A stretch of 64,000 nt of DNA from Acidimicrobiia bacterium (GTDB taxonomy: Bacteria; Actinomycetota; Acidimicrobiia; IMCC26256; JAENVU01): positions 7,290 to 71,289 of the forward strand of contig JBKJIQ010000047.1 in assembly GCA_046598395.1 (NCBI GenBank), in the 5' to 3' direction. Both the position numbers and the translations under genes were made by a program. Shown one piece after another: positions 17,475-26,756 of the stretch (position 1 is its first letter; every line of letters begins with the position of its first letter). The notes beneath the pieces were generated by a model. It saw only the letters and a list, made by a program, of their open reading frames with translations. It searched no databases and was not told the DNA's origin.

Positions 17475-18680
17475 TCAGCAGCTCGACCCGCCGCTTGAGT
17501 TTGGCGTACTTTCCATGCCCGAAGGCACTCGTTCGGCGCCAAAGTCGGGGAGAAGGTCGCGGTGAGGCGTGAAGAGGTCCTCACCCGCGGGACCGACGAG
17601 TTCAAACCGGTTGGGGTCGTTCTGACTTGGTTGAACCGGGGCGGTCAGAAACATCCACGTCGACGGGTCATCGCGCACGAACCGACTGGCCAAGCTCAGG
17701 ATCTGGTCGCTCGTGAATCGGCTGTCGACCGTGAGCGACCGCACAATTGAGTCGGCCACGTCCCGCGCCTTCCCTAGATCGGAGCCGACGTCACGCCGGG
17801 TCCGGGCGAGGAGCGCCATCAGGAACTCCTGTTGGCGCGTGATCCGGCCAAGATCTCCTTGGCCCGACTCGTCGGTCCACTTCCCGGCCGAATCCCGCAA
17901 CTCGAGATGACGGCTGCGAACCCAGGCCAGCGCGTTGTTACCGTCGAGGGTCCTACACCCGGGGGCAGCGATATCGAGCCCCGAGTAAAGGTCGCGCACT
18001 GGTCCGGGAACCATGAGCCGAACGCCGCCGAGCTTGTCGACCACCTTGATGAATGCCGAGAAGTTGACTTGTACATAGTGGTCGACCTCGATCCTGAGGT
18101 GCGACCGGAGCGCATCGATCAACTCTTGCGGACCGTCGTCGAAATACGAGTTGAGCTGCCTCGGAGAACCGCCACCATCGGAGAACACGAGATCGCGCGG
18201 TAGCGAGACAACCGTGGTCGAGGACGCGGTGAGACGCACCAACATCATGACGTCGGCCCGCTGGGTGCCCTGGTGCGCCGCAGACCCGAATGCCCCTTCT
18301 TGGGTCGCGTTCTCAACGAAGGCCCGGCTGTCGGTGCCAACGACCAGGATCGTCATCGGAAACGGAACCGTCGATTCGTGCAGAGAACCCTTCGGCAGTG
18401 CGACGCGCCGGATCGCACCCACTCGATCATGGACCTGGCCGCGAGCAAAGAGCACGCCACCCACAGCGAAGACGGTCGTGACCGTGGCCGCGACGAGCGC
18501 TCGCCCGACCAACCGCCGGCGGGCTGGTTGCACAGCCGTGACGACTCCCAATTCCTCGCCACCAACGGCATCGCCGATGGCGGCATCGAGTGCAGCCCGG
18601 GCGCTTGCGCGTGCGTGCGCGTCGTCATTGGTTCTGGTCCGTTGACGTTTCCATTCGCCGAGCAGCTCGAGTTCATTCAT
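17475..18680 (-). CDS. LCP (LytR-CpsA-Psr) protein with N-terminal anti-sigma-like cytoplasmic segment
   Basis: ILVVGTDSR, RADVMML, SLPRD, VQVNF, WVRSRH and GDLGRITRQQ motifs; N-terminal MNELELL...ARASARAALDAAI followed by a TM helix. Confidence 0.85.
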   Translation of the reverse strand: MNELELLGEWKRQRTRTNDDAHARASARAALDAAIGDAVGGEELGVVTAVQPARRRLVGRALVAATVTTVFAVGGVLFARGQVHDRVGAIRRVALPKGSLHESTVPFPMTILVVGTDSRAFVENATQEGAFGSAAHQGTQRADVMMLVRLTASSTTVVSLPRDLVFSDGGGSPRQLNSYFDDGPQELIDALRSHLRIEVDHYVQVNFSAFIKVVDKLGGVRLMVPGPVRDLYSGLDIAAPGCRTLDGNNALAWVRSRHLELRDSAGKWTDESGQGDLGRITRQQEFLMALLARTRRDVGSDLGKARDVADSIVRSLTVDSRFTSDQILSLASRFVRDDPSTWMFLTAPVQPSQNDPNRFELVGPAGEDLFTPHRDLLPDFGAERVPSGMESTPNSSGGSSC

Positions 18681-19245
18681 GGTTGGTCAGCTCTTCATCC
18701 ACCTTCACCACGTCGGCGAGTGCGGCCTGCAACTTGGTGCGGGCACGCGAGATCCGCGAACGAACGGTGCCGATCGGAGTTCCGAGCGCCCGAGCGATCT
18801 GTTCGTAGGAAAGGTCGGCCCACGCATACAACAGGAGAGCATCGCGATCACGCGCCGAAATCGAGTTCAAGCTGATCGCGAGGCGGGTACCCAGCGCGTC
18901 CGCATCCAATCGGGCATCAAGGTCGAGTTGGAGCGGTGCCGTCGCGTGCAGTCGCCCGTACGCGCGCAATCGGCGCGCTTCGGAGCGTCGATGGCGGCGA
19001 ACCAGATTGCTCACAATGCCGTAGAGCCAGGGACGGGCATCGTCGCGATCGAACTCAAATCGATCTCTTACCCGGAACGCTTCGACGAAAGTGTTGGCGC
19101 TGACATCGTGGCCGTCACTGCCGAGGCGACGAACGCAATAACCGTCGATCACCCCGTAGTGACGCTCAAAAATCACGGCGAATCGCTCCGGCGCGTCGAG
19201 CGACGCCCGAATCAACTCACCGTCATGAAGCATCGCGTCCATCAC
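18673..19245 (-). CDS. ECF-type sigma-70 factor
   Basis: FAVIFERH, ARPWLYGIVSNL (region 2) and LSYEQIARALGTPIGTVRSRISRAR (region 4). Confidence 0.92.
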   Translation of the reverse strand: MMDAMLHDGELIRASLDAPERFAVIFERHYGVIDGYCVRRLGSDGHDVSANTFVEAFRVRDRFEFDRDDARPWLYGIVSNLVRRHRRSEARRLRAYGRLHATAPLQLDLDARLDADALGTRLAISLNSISARDRDALLLYAWADLSYEQIARALGTPIGTVRSRISRARTKLQAALADVVKVDEELTNHE

Positions 19246-19306
19246 CCACTCTTGCCCGCTCGCCCCGCTTCAGTTCACGGCGGGTCCCGAACTGGACACT
19301 GGCTGC

Positions 19307-19948
19307 TCAGGGGTCGTTGCGGACGGGGCGGACGTGGCCGGCCCGTATCTCAGCGGCGAGTTCGGCCGCGGTGTGAACGACGCGATCGATCTCGGTGGCG
19401 AACGCACCGGCCAGCCCCGGACCGTGCGCGTCGCTTGCCCCCACGGCCGGGCGCGGCGATGCGGCCAGTGCAGCCGCGGTCAGGGTGTGTTCCAACACGG
19501 TCGTCTGCGTACTGGCCGCCTCGATCGCGTGCACCATCTCCCATTGGGGCAGCGCCACGATCTCGGCCGCGTTCGGCGGAACTCGTCCGCCTTTGATCGC
19601 ACGCTCTCCCGCAAACCGTCGGAGCGGATGCGGCAACACCAAGGCGGTATCCGATTGGTCGCACTCTTCCACGAGTTCGGTGAGGGTGTAACCCATCCAC
19701 AGCGGCTTCCGCAGCGGCCCGAACGCGAGCACATGGCCAACATCGGTGGTGAGCTCCACGCCGGGGATCAGAGGGAATCCGAGCAGACGTGACGCGTCGG
19801 CCAGCTCGTCGTCGGGCCACCGCACGTCGTGTTCGGTGATGCACAGCGCGTCGAGCCCGCGCGACCGTGCCGTGGCGACGAGCTCGTCCAAAGTGGTACG
19901 CGAGCAGTTCGAGCGCGGTGATGTGTGCGCGTGCAGGTCGATGAGCAC
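19307..19948 (-). CDS. PHP-domain metallophosphoesterase
   Basis: IDLHAHT, LDALCITEHD, PGVELTT, GHVL, LPHP and GASDAH motifs. Confidence 0.88.
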   Translation of the reverse strand: MLIDLHAHTSPRSNCSRTTLDELVATARSRGLDALCITEHDVRWPDDELADASRLLGFPLIPGVELTTDVGHVLAFGPLRKPLWMGYTLTELVEECDQSDTALVLPHPLRRFAGERAIKGGRVPPNAAEIVALPQWEMVHAIEAASTQTTVLEHTLTAAALAASPRPAVGASDAHGPGLAGAFATEIDRVVHTAAELAAEIRAGHVRPVRNDP

Positions 19949-19953
19949 AAGAG

Positions 19954-21492
19954 TTAGCGTTCGATGCGTTCGGTATAGAGCCGGTGGGCATCGTCGTCGG
20001 ACGTCAGGCAGCGCCCGGTGGCCACGTCGAACTGCCAGTGGTGCACCTTGCACTCGAGCACACCGTCGGTCACGCTCCCGAACCGCTCGAGATCGGCGCG
20101 GAGATGCGGACACCGCTTCTGAATCAGGTACTCGCCGCACCGGAACACTTCGTCGACGGGCTCCGCGTGCATTGCGTAGTAGCCCTCGCAAAATGCCATG
20201 CGCTCGACCGAGAGACATTTGAAGAACGTGTAGATGTACTCGTTGTACGGGCCCTCGCGATGCGCACGGAATCGGCACGAGAGGAAGAGATCGTTGACCC
20301 AATCCTCCACGTGGCGATCGATCACGGACTCGATCAACGAACGGTCGACATCGAAGCGGTACAGAACCGCCTCACCGGCCCACTCGCGGACCTGGCCCGT
20401 GGCGAAATCAAGCAGGACTCCGGTGTCGCCCACATGGAGCAGCACCCGCCCACCGACCCCGGCGCGGGTGTACGGGGCCAGATCGAGGATCGGTTCGAAC
20501 CAGGCCCGAAGTTCGGCCACGATGTCGAACTGGCCTCGCGGCAACGACGCCCGCTCGCGATCGAGCCAGTCCGACCAGTCGGCGCGATAGCGCTCGAGGT
20601 GCGCGCGCTTATCGGAGAAGATCACACCCGGTGACGTGTCGCCGATGGGGTGATCGATCACGCACGCGGTGTGGTCGATTGTGGCAACCGAACCGGGAAC
20701 CACCAGTCGCGCCCAGGTCGATCCGCGTTTTCGGAGTTCGTCGATGAACACCGTCTGGTCCGGGAAAATGTTTGCGGCGTCGTCGTCCAGATCGTTGAGC
20801 GACCAGAGATCGTCGTCGAGAAAACACGGAGGACCCGCGACGGGAAACACGTTGGTGGCACCCACCGCGTCGATGTAGTGGATGGCCCGTTCCGTCTGCG
20901 CGGCACGCTTCTGTATTCCCAGCGCGCGCATTTCATCAGGCGGGAAGTCATAGACCATAGGGAACCAGATCGCACCTGAGAACTGCGTGAAGTGCGCATC
21001 GAATGGGCCCAGCGCATCGAGCGCGCCAAAGTCTCGGGGGCGAGAGTCATTTTGGTTCAGAATGGTCGCGGTGGAATCGCGCAAGATCAGTGCAGAATCT
21101 CCTGCGGGTCCATCAGCAGGAGCGGTCATCGCGATGATCGCGACCTCCAGCGCGTCGAGCACAACGGGAACAGCGTTGTCGGTCTCAATGAAGTTCCGGA
21201 AACCGAGTGTTCGAAGTTCGTGTTCTAGATGATCCACTTCGAACGCCGGCAACAACACCTGGGCTTCCCTGTCCACGTGCTGGGCGAGCCAACGGGGGTC
21301 GAAGTGGTCCCGGTGAAGATGCGAAATGTAGAGGTAATCAGGATTCGAGAACGGCGAGACGTCCAACGTGTCGTTACGCGGAAACGGAAACCACGAACCG
21401 AAGTACGCCGGGTTGAACCACGGATCACAAAGGACCGTCCCACCCTCGGTCTCGACGAACATACCGACGTGGCCGAGGAATGTGACGCGCAT
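19954..21492 (-). CDS. MBL-fold protein with C-terminal Rieske [2Fe-2S] domain (Rv3818-like)
   Basis: TFLGHVG, CDPWF, ISHLHRDHFD; C-terminal CPHL...CKVHHWQFD. Confidence 0.88.
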   Translation of the reverse strand: MRVTFLGHVGMFVETEGGTVLCDPWFNPAYFGSWFPFPRNDTLDVSPFSNPDYLYISHLHRDHFDPRWLAQHVDREAQVLLPAFEVDHLEHELRTLGFRNFIETDNAVPVVLDALEVAIIAMTAPADGPAGDSALILRDSTATILNQNDSRPRDFGALDALGPFDAHFTQFSGAIWFPMVYDFPPDEMRALGIQKRAAQTERAIHYIDAVGATNVFPVAGPPCFLDDDLWSLNDLDDDAANIFPDQTVFIDELRKRGSTWARLVVPGSVATIDHTACVIDHPIGDTSPGVIFSDKRAHLERYRADWSDWLDRERASLPRGQFDIVAELRAWFEPILDLAPYTRAGVGGRVLLHVGDTGVLLDFATGQVREWAGEAVLYRFDVDRSLIESVIDRHVEDWVNDLFLSCRFRAHREGPYNEYIYTFFKCLSVERMAFCEGYYAMHAEPVDEVFRCGEYLIQKRCPHLRADLERFGSVTDGVLECKVHHWQFDVATGRCLTSDDDAHRLYTERIER

Positions 21493-21611
21493 GGGCCCAG
21501 CCTGCCAGACCGTGACCAGACCCTCGGACCGCCTCGCCGCCAAAGACCACACCCCCGATTCCGTTCCGGCGATAGCGTCTCGGACCTCGTACACCACCGA
21601 AGAGGTTGGAC

Positions 21612-23147
21612 ATGCCCGAGTGGGGTGATCTCCAGGTCGATCAACTGCGGTTCATGGCGCGTCGCGATGGCGCCGCGGTTGCGTACCGAGACCTTGATGC
21701 AGGGACTGCGGTCACCTTCGCCGAATGGGACCAGCGTTCGAACCAACTGGCTCGCGCCCTCGTAGACGCGGGCATCGCACCCGGAGACCGAGTCTCCATC
21801 TACCTGCCGATCGAGGAGAGTCTGCGCTGGATTGTTTCCTACGCGGCCGTTCACAAAGCGGGCGCGGTCGTGGTCCCCACGAATACCAGACTCTCCATCC
21901 CGGAGGTCACGACGATCCTCGGTCACGCAGAAGCCGCCGCGATTATCACCGGGGGATCGCTGCTCGAGACCGCGCTCGCGGTGCGCGCCGCGGTCCCGTC
22001 GATCCGGTTCGTGGTGAGCACAGGCCACGCTCCGGCCGGCGGATTCCCCACCGGCGTCACCGATTTCGAGAGGTTTCTGGCCGGTGACGCCACCGACATC
22101 CAGGTGCCACGCACGCTCGATGATCTCGCCGACATCATGTATACCTCGGGCACGACCGGGTTGCCGAAGGGGGTTGCGGTCCGGCACCGGAACGTGGCCA
22201 TGATCCCGAACCACGAGCCGGCATGGACCGGCGGCGGATGGATTCACGGCGCGCCGATGTTCACCTTCGCGGGGATTGCGTTCATTTACAACCCGATGAA
22301 ACTGGGTTTGGCGGGTCTGTATCTGGCGAAGTTCGACGCCTCGCGTTGGTTCGATCTGGTGGCAACCGAACAGCCGACGATGGCGTTCCTCGTCCCGGCA
22401 ATGGCGGAGTTGCTCGTTGCGCATCCGCGGTTCGCCGAGCCGGACCTCACCAGTCTCGTCTCCGTCTCCATCGGGAGTGCACCACTTGCACCCCAGACGC
22501 TGCTCACGTTGCAGGCGCGCCTGCCCGGAGCGACCGTGTCCAACTCCTACGGCATGACCGAAGCCGGTCCCGCCTACATCGTGATGCCCAAAGACGAGGT
22601 CACCAAACGCATCGGTTCCGTGGGGAAGCCGATCGGTCCGATGCAGCTGAAGATCATTCGCCCCGATGGCACCGAATGCGATGCCCGCGAAGTGGGCGAA
22701 CTCCTCACCAAGATGGAAGGAGCGCAGCGCGAGTACTACAACGACGCGGCCGCGACCGCGAGCACGTGGACCGAAGATGGATGGCTCCGCAGTGGCGACC
22801 TCGCGTACCTCGACGAGGACGGCTTCCTCTACATCGCGGGTCGCAAGAAAGACATGATCATCCGCGGCGGACACAACGTGTACCCGACCGACGTAGAAGC
22901 GGTGCTCCTCGAACACCCCGACGTGCAGGAAGCGGCCGTCGTCGGTGTCCCGCATCAGGTGCTCGGCGAGGACATCGCGGCCTACGTGGTCCGGCGAGCA
23001 GGTACGGACCTCGATTCCGCTGCGCTACTCGAGTTCTGCGCCGAACGCCTCGCCGACTACAAGCGGCCGCGGGAGTTGCATTTCACCGACGAACTCCCCC
23101 GCAACGCCACCGGCAAGGTCATGAAGCACAAACTCGTCTCGGCGTAG
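21612..23147 (+). CDS. Class I adenylate-forming enzyme (acyl-CoA synthetase)
   Basis: YTSGTTGLPKG, YGMTEAG, GWLRSGDL and PRNATGKV motifs. Confidence 0.93.
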   Translation: MPEWGDLQVDQLRFMARRDGAAVAYRDLDAGTAVTFAEWDQRSNQLARALVDAGIAPGDRVSIYLPIEESLRWIVSYAAVHKAGAVVVPTNTRLSIPEVTTILGHAEAAAIITGGSLLETALAVRAAVPSIRFVVSTGHAPAGGFPTGVTDFERFLAGDATDIQVPRTLDDLADIMYTSGTTGLPKGVAVRHRNVAMIPNHEPAWTGGGWIHGAPMFTFAGIAFIYNPMKLGLAGLYLAKFDASRWFDLVATEQPTMAFLVPAMAELLVAHPRFAEPDLTSLVSVSIGSAPLAPQTLLTLQARLPGATVSNSYGMTEAGPAYIVMPKDEVTKRIGSVGKPIGPMQLKIIRPDGTECDAREVGELLTKMEGAQREYYNDAAATASTWTEDGWLRSGDLAYLDEDGFLYIAGRKKDMIIRGGHNVYPTDVEAVLLEHPDVQEAAVVGVPHQVLGEDIAAYVVRRAGTDLDSAALLEFCAERLADYKRPRELHFTDELPRNATGKVMKHKLVSA

Positions 23148-23150
23148 CGG

Positions 23151-23376
23151 ATGAAGGTAGCGCTGCGAGTCGTGGCGACCACCCTCGCCGCGCAGTTCGC
23201 GCTGCTGCTGGGTACAGGTCTCTGGCTGATCTGGAACTACCGGCCCACCCGCGCTCGTGATACCGACGGTTCTGCTGCTCCTCATCGCCGTCGCCGTCTG
23301 GCGGGCGTGGCGCCCCGCGATAGGTTCCCTCCCCGAACCTGACGTCGACGTCACCAGGAGTGAACCGTGGCACTGA
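23151..23376 (+). pseudogene. Frameshifted or internally deleted small membrane gene, possibly a cytochrome b N-terminal-like remnant
   Basis: TM1 (LLLGTGLWLIWNYRPT) in one frame; TM2 (ALVIPTVLLLLIAVAVWRAW) resumes in the +1 frame at 23251 and ends at TGA 23374-23376. Confidence 0.5.
23321..23354 (+). promoter_or_regulatory. -10 TAGGTT followed by operator CTGACGTCGACGTCAC (23339-23354)
   Basis: Matches TGACR-N4-YGTCA; AGGAG ribosome-binding site follows, before the GTG at 23367. Confidence 0.6.
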
Positions 23377-23822
23377 CCGAGTTGAAGGGCACGAAGGGCG
23401 GCACCCAGGTCGTGCGCATCGAACGGGGGCCGGTGCGCGTATTCGCGCAGGCCCTCATGGACACCGACGCCGTCTACGACCACGACGACGCGCCGGTACC
23501 CCCCACGTTCCCTTTCGTCATGCCGTTCTGGGGTTCCGATGGCGCAGGTGGCGCGGCGGGACTCCCCATCGAGAAGCTCCGCGGTCCCGGCCGGGCGATC
23601 CTCCACGGAGAGCAGGGCTTCGAATACTTCCGGTGGCCGAAAGTCGGCGACGTTCTCGAAGGCACCTCGGAGATCACCGACGTGTACGAGAAGGAAAAGT
23701 CCAACGGCGGGAAGCTCGAGTTCTACGTGCAGGAAACCACCTGGCGCGACCAAGCGACCGGCGACCCCGTCGTGAAGAACATTTTCACGCTCGTCATCAA
23801 CTGTCGTCCGCCCAAGCCGTAG
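23367..23822 (+). CDS. MaoC-like dehydratase N-terminal/hotdog subunit
   Basis: IERGPVRVFAQA, VPPTF, ILHGEQGFEYFR motifs. Confidence 0.85.
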   Translation: MALTELKGTKGGTQVVRIERGPVRVFAQALMDTDAVYDHDDAPVPPTFPFVMPFWGSDGAGGAAGLPIEKLRGPGRAILHGEQGFEYFRWPKVGDVLEGTSEITDVYEKEKSNGGKLEFYVQETTWRDQATGDPVVKNIFTLVINCRPPKP

Positions 23823-23833
23823 CCCACACTCGT

Positions 23834-24256
23834 ATGTCCACGATCGACGCACGCCAGAACGAGTCCGACATTCGGAAGCTGCTCGCGGCCTATTGCCATC
23901 ACTACGACGACCGGCGCGCCGGAGACTTCGCCGCACTGTTCGCCGAGGACGCCACCTTCACCGTGTTTGGGACGAGTCGGCACGGGCGCCAGGAGATTCA
24001 CGACCACATTGGGACCCAGCGGCCCGGCATGCCGCCCGGCCAGCACGTGACCTACAACTCCGTGATCGAAGTGGCGCCAGATTCGCTCACCGCTTTGGCC
24101 TGGACCGACTTTCTCTACATGAAGCAGACCGACGACGGCTTTTCGATCACCAACGCCGGTCGGTACCACGATCGCCTCGTGCGCGAGTCGGGCCGTTGGC
24201 GGTTCCAGGCCCGCACCATCGTCTTTCTCGGTGACCCGGTTCCGGACGGCGTGTGA
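23834..24256 (+). CDS. NTF2/SnoaL-like protein
   Basis: DIRKLLAAYCHHYDD, LFAEDA and GRYHDRLVR...WRF motifs. Confidence 0.85.
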   Translation: MSTIDARQNESDIRKLLAAYCHHYDDRRAGDFAALFAEDATFTVFGTSRHGRQEIHDHIGTQRPGMPPGQHVTYNSVIEVAPDSLTALAWTDFLYMKQTDDGFSITNAGRYHDRLVRESGRWRFQARTIVFLGDPVPDGV

Positions 24257-25029
24257 GTTCGCCCGCGCCAACGGTTCGCACGGGTGATCCTGCACTCCCC
24301 TACCGCCGCCGCATCCGGCTGGTCCGGATCGATGCCGCCACCGTGTGGGGTGGGCTCGAAGACGATTTCCACCACTTCGAAGTCCGACTCACCCACGACG
24401 CCACCCACGTCACCGACATTGCGATGGACGCGTTCCGGTGGCCATGGGCAACGTGCCCGGACGCGGGCCTGCGCCTCCGCGAACTTGTGGGCTTGGAGCT
24501 TTCCGATCGCTGCACCGCAGTAGCCGCGGCAAGCGACCCGCGCTGGCAGTGCACCCACCAGTTCGACCTCGCGGGACTGTGTGTCTCCCACGCGGCTCGC
24601 GGCACCCCCGAGCGCCAGTACGACATCTCCCTCGACATCGGGACAACCACCAGCCATCCGCGCTTGTGGCGCGACGGTGAACTCATCCAGGACTGGACCC
24701 TCGAGGGCGCAGGCATGGGTCGGGTACTCGTCAACCCGCCCGAGTTCCTCGGCGCGCCGTGGAAGGGAGGGTTCATCAAATGGGCCGACGCGAATATGGC
24801 CCCGTTCGACGCAGAAGCTGCGATCATCCTGCGCCGGGCCTGTGACATCGGGATGGGCCGCGGCATGGATCTCGAAGCAATCGCCACCGCGTCCGAACTC
24901 GCCGGGATCATGAGCGGCGTCTGTTATTCGATGCAACCCGCCGTCATGCCCGTGGCGTTTCGCAGCCGGGGCACGATCCGAGATTTCGGCATCAACCCCG
25001 CCGCCCTCCTCGCCGGGCGGCCGACCTAA
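24253..25029 (+). CDS. DUF2889 domain protein
   Basis: LEDDFHHF, PWATCP and CTHQFDLA motifs; GTGA overlap with the upstream gene. Confidence 0.8.
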   Translation: MSSPAPTVRTGDPALPYRRRIRLVRIDAATVWGGLEDDFHHFEVRLTHDATHVTDIAMDAFRWPWATCPDAGLRLRELVGLELSDRCTAVAAASDPRWQCTHQFDLAGLCVSHAARGTPERQYDISLDIGTTTSHPRLWRDGELIQDWTLEGAGMGRVLVNPPEFLGAPWKGGFIKWADANMAPFDAEAAIILRRACDIGMGRGMDLEAIATASELAGIMSGVCYSMQPAVMPVAFRSRGTIRDFGINPAALLAGRPT

Positions 25030-25036
25030 CCCATCC

Positions 25037-25085
25037 GAACTTGCGCCATTTTCCGACCTGGGCCGTCGGAAAATGGCGCAAGTTC
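25037..25085. terminator. Perfect 21-bp inverted repeat between convergent genes (bidirectional terminator or REP-like)
   Basis: GAACTTGCGCCATTTTCCGAC-ctgggcc-GTCGGAAAATGGCGCAAGTTC. Confidence 0.8.
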
Positions 25086-25863
25086 AGGACGTGAAGGACC
25101 CGTCGGGTTCGCGACGCCACCCACCGGCGCAACGATTCCCGCCGTCAACGTGCAGCGTGGTCCCGGTGATGAACCCGGAGAGCGCGGGGTTCGCGAGGAA
25201 GACCACGGCGGCGGCAACATCGTCGACGTGGCCCGCGCGCGGCAACGGCGTGCGCACCGGAACCTCACCAATGCCGGGCGTGGGGATCACATCCGGAGCG
25301 ACACAGTTGACCCGAATGCTGCGGGCGCCGAGTTCGAGTGCCAGGGATTCGGAGAGGTTCGCAACCGCGGCCTTCATGGCGCTGTAGACCGCATAGCCGG
25401 GTGCGGCGCGGTGCGCTTCAATCGAGGTGATGTTGATGATCGATCCGCCGACCGCCGGGATGTGCGGCACTGCCGCGCGAACAAAGTTGGTGACGCTCAA
25501 GAAGTTCTCGCGTACGAGTGCATCCTGTCCTTTGTCGTTGACGTCGAGGAAGTCGGAGAAGAAACCGCCGCCGGCATTGTTGACCACCACATCAATGCGT
25601 CCGAACCGTTGCGCCACTAACTCGACCCAGCTGCGGACCTGGTCACCGTCGCGCACGTCCAGAACGCCGGCAAACGCGCGCACATCCTGCGCCTCGATCT
25701 CGTCGATACACGTCGAGAGATTCACTTCGTCTCGGTCGCACACCGCCACGTCGGCCCCGAACGCGGCCAAGGCCAGCGCGGTTGCCCGCCCGATACCCAC
25801 GGCCGCTCCGGTGACCACCGCCACTGTGCCGTTGAGTCGAGTTGCTGCCGGGGTCAGGGTCAC
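25084..25863 (-). CDS. SDR family oxidoreductase
   Basis: TGAAVGIG, NNAG, YSAMK and NCVAP motifs; GTG start 8 nt after TAGCCT. Confidence 0.9.
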   Translation of the reverse strand: MTLTPAATRLNGTVAVVTGAAVGIGRATALALAAFGADVAVCDRDEVNLSTCIDEIEAQDVRAFAGVLDVRDGDQVRSWVELVAQRFGRIDVVVNNAGGGFFSDFLDVNDKGQDALVRENFLSVTNFVRAAVPHIPAVGGSIINITSIEAHRAAPGYAVYSAMKAAVANLSESLALELGARSIRVNCVAPDVIPTPGIGEVPVRTPLPRAGHVDDVAAAVVFLANPALSGFITGTTLHVDGGNRCAGGWRREPDGSFTS

Positions 25864-25924
25864 GGTCGCGGAGGCTATCGCCACCGTAAGCTCGATCGGG
25901 TCTGATCGGTACCGGAGGGACACC

Positions 25925-26719
25925 ATGAGCTATTCCGTCACCGGCAAGCACGTCCTCGTGACCGGAGCATCAACTGGAATCGGTGCCGCGCTCGCGATTG
26001 GCTTTGCCGCGGCGGGCGCGGTGGTGGGTATCTGCGCGCGGCGCGAACCCGAACTCGCCGAGGTGCTGGCGCAGGTCCAGGAACACTCCCCCGCTTCCCA
26101 GATGTGGACTGTCGATCTCGACGACCTCGACGCGCTGGAACCCTTCGCCGCGGAGGTGAGCCTGGAGATGGGCGGGCTCGACGTGCTGGTGAACAACGCC
26201 GGCATCCCGAAGCGAAGGAACGTTCTCGCGTTGGACCCCGAAACAGTGGAGTCGGTGATGCGACTCAACTATTTCTCACCGGTTCGCCTGATGCTCGCGT
26301 TCCTTCCGGAGCTCATCGAACGTAGCGGCCGCATCGTGAACATCTCGTCGGTTGCGGCGCGCCTCGGCCCTCCGGGCGAAGCTGCATACACCGCTTCGAA
26401 AGCCGCGATCACGGGCTTCTCCGAATCGATGCAGGTGGATCTCGGCATCGCAGGCCACGACGTTTCGGTCCATGTGGTGAACCCCGGGGTGATCGACACC
26501 CGGCTCTTCCATTTGCCCGACAACGACCCGTCGATTGCCACCATCGAGGCGCTGCCGACCACCGCGATGGTGGAGCCGGTCCTCGCGGCGCTCGATGCCG
26601 GAACGTTCGAGATCTATGTGCCCGGGTGGTTCGCGGAGGTGGTTGGAGGCAAGTTTCCCGACACCGGGGCGTTCCTCGCCGGCACCACCGCATGGGCACG
26701 GGAGCAAACCAACGCCTGA
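25925..26719 (+). CDS. SDR family oxidoreductase
   Basis: TGASTGIG, NNAG and YTASK motifs; GGAGG ribosome-binding site. Confidence 0.9.
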   Translation: MSYSVTGKHVLVTGASTGIGAALAIGFAAAGAVVGICARREPELAEVLAQVQEHSPASQMWTVDLDDLDALEPFAAEVSLEMGGLDVLVNNAGIPKRRNVLALDPETVESVMRLNYFSPVRLMLAFLPELIERSGRIVNISSVAARLGPPGEAAYTASKAAITGFSESMQVDLGIAGHDVSVHVVNPGVIDTRLFHLPDNDPSIATIEALPTTAMVEPVLAALDAGTFEIYVPGWFAEVVGGKFPDTGAFLAGTTAWAREQTNA

Positions 26720-26756
26720 CGTGCTCGTCCGGTGCGTTCCATGAGGAGACCGAACG

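Noticed and set aside
23360-23833. Apparent 298-aa ORF fusing upstream sequence to the SnoaL protein
   Set aside because: The upstream part is an alternative frame over the MaoC-like gene; the real start is the ATG at 23834
26715-26732. CTGACGTGCTCGTCC, a near match to the N6 operator
   Set aside because: Mismatched, and located between convergent gene ends rather than at a promoter
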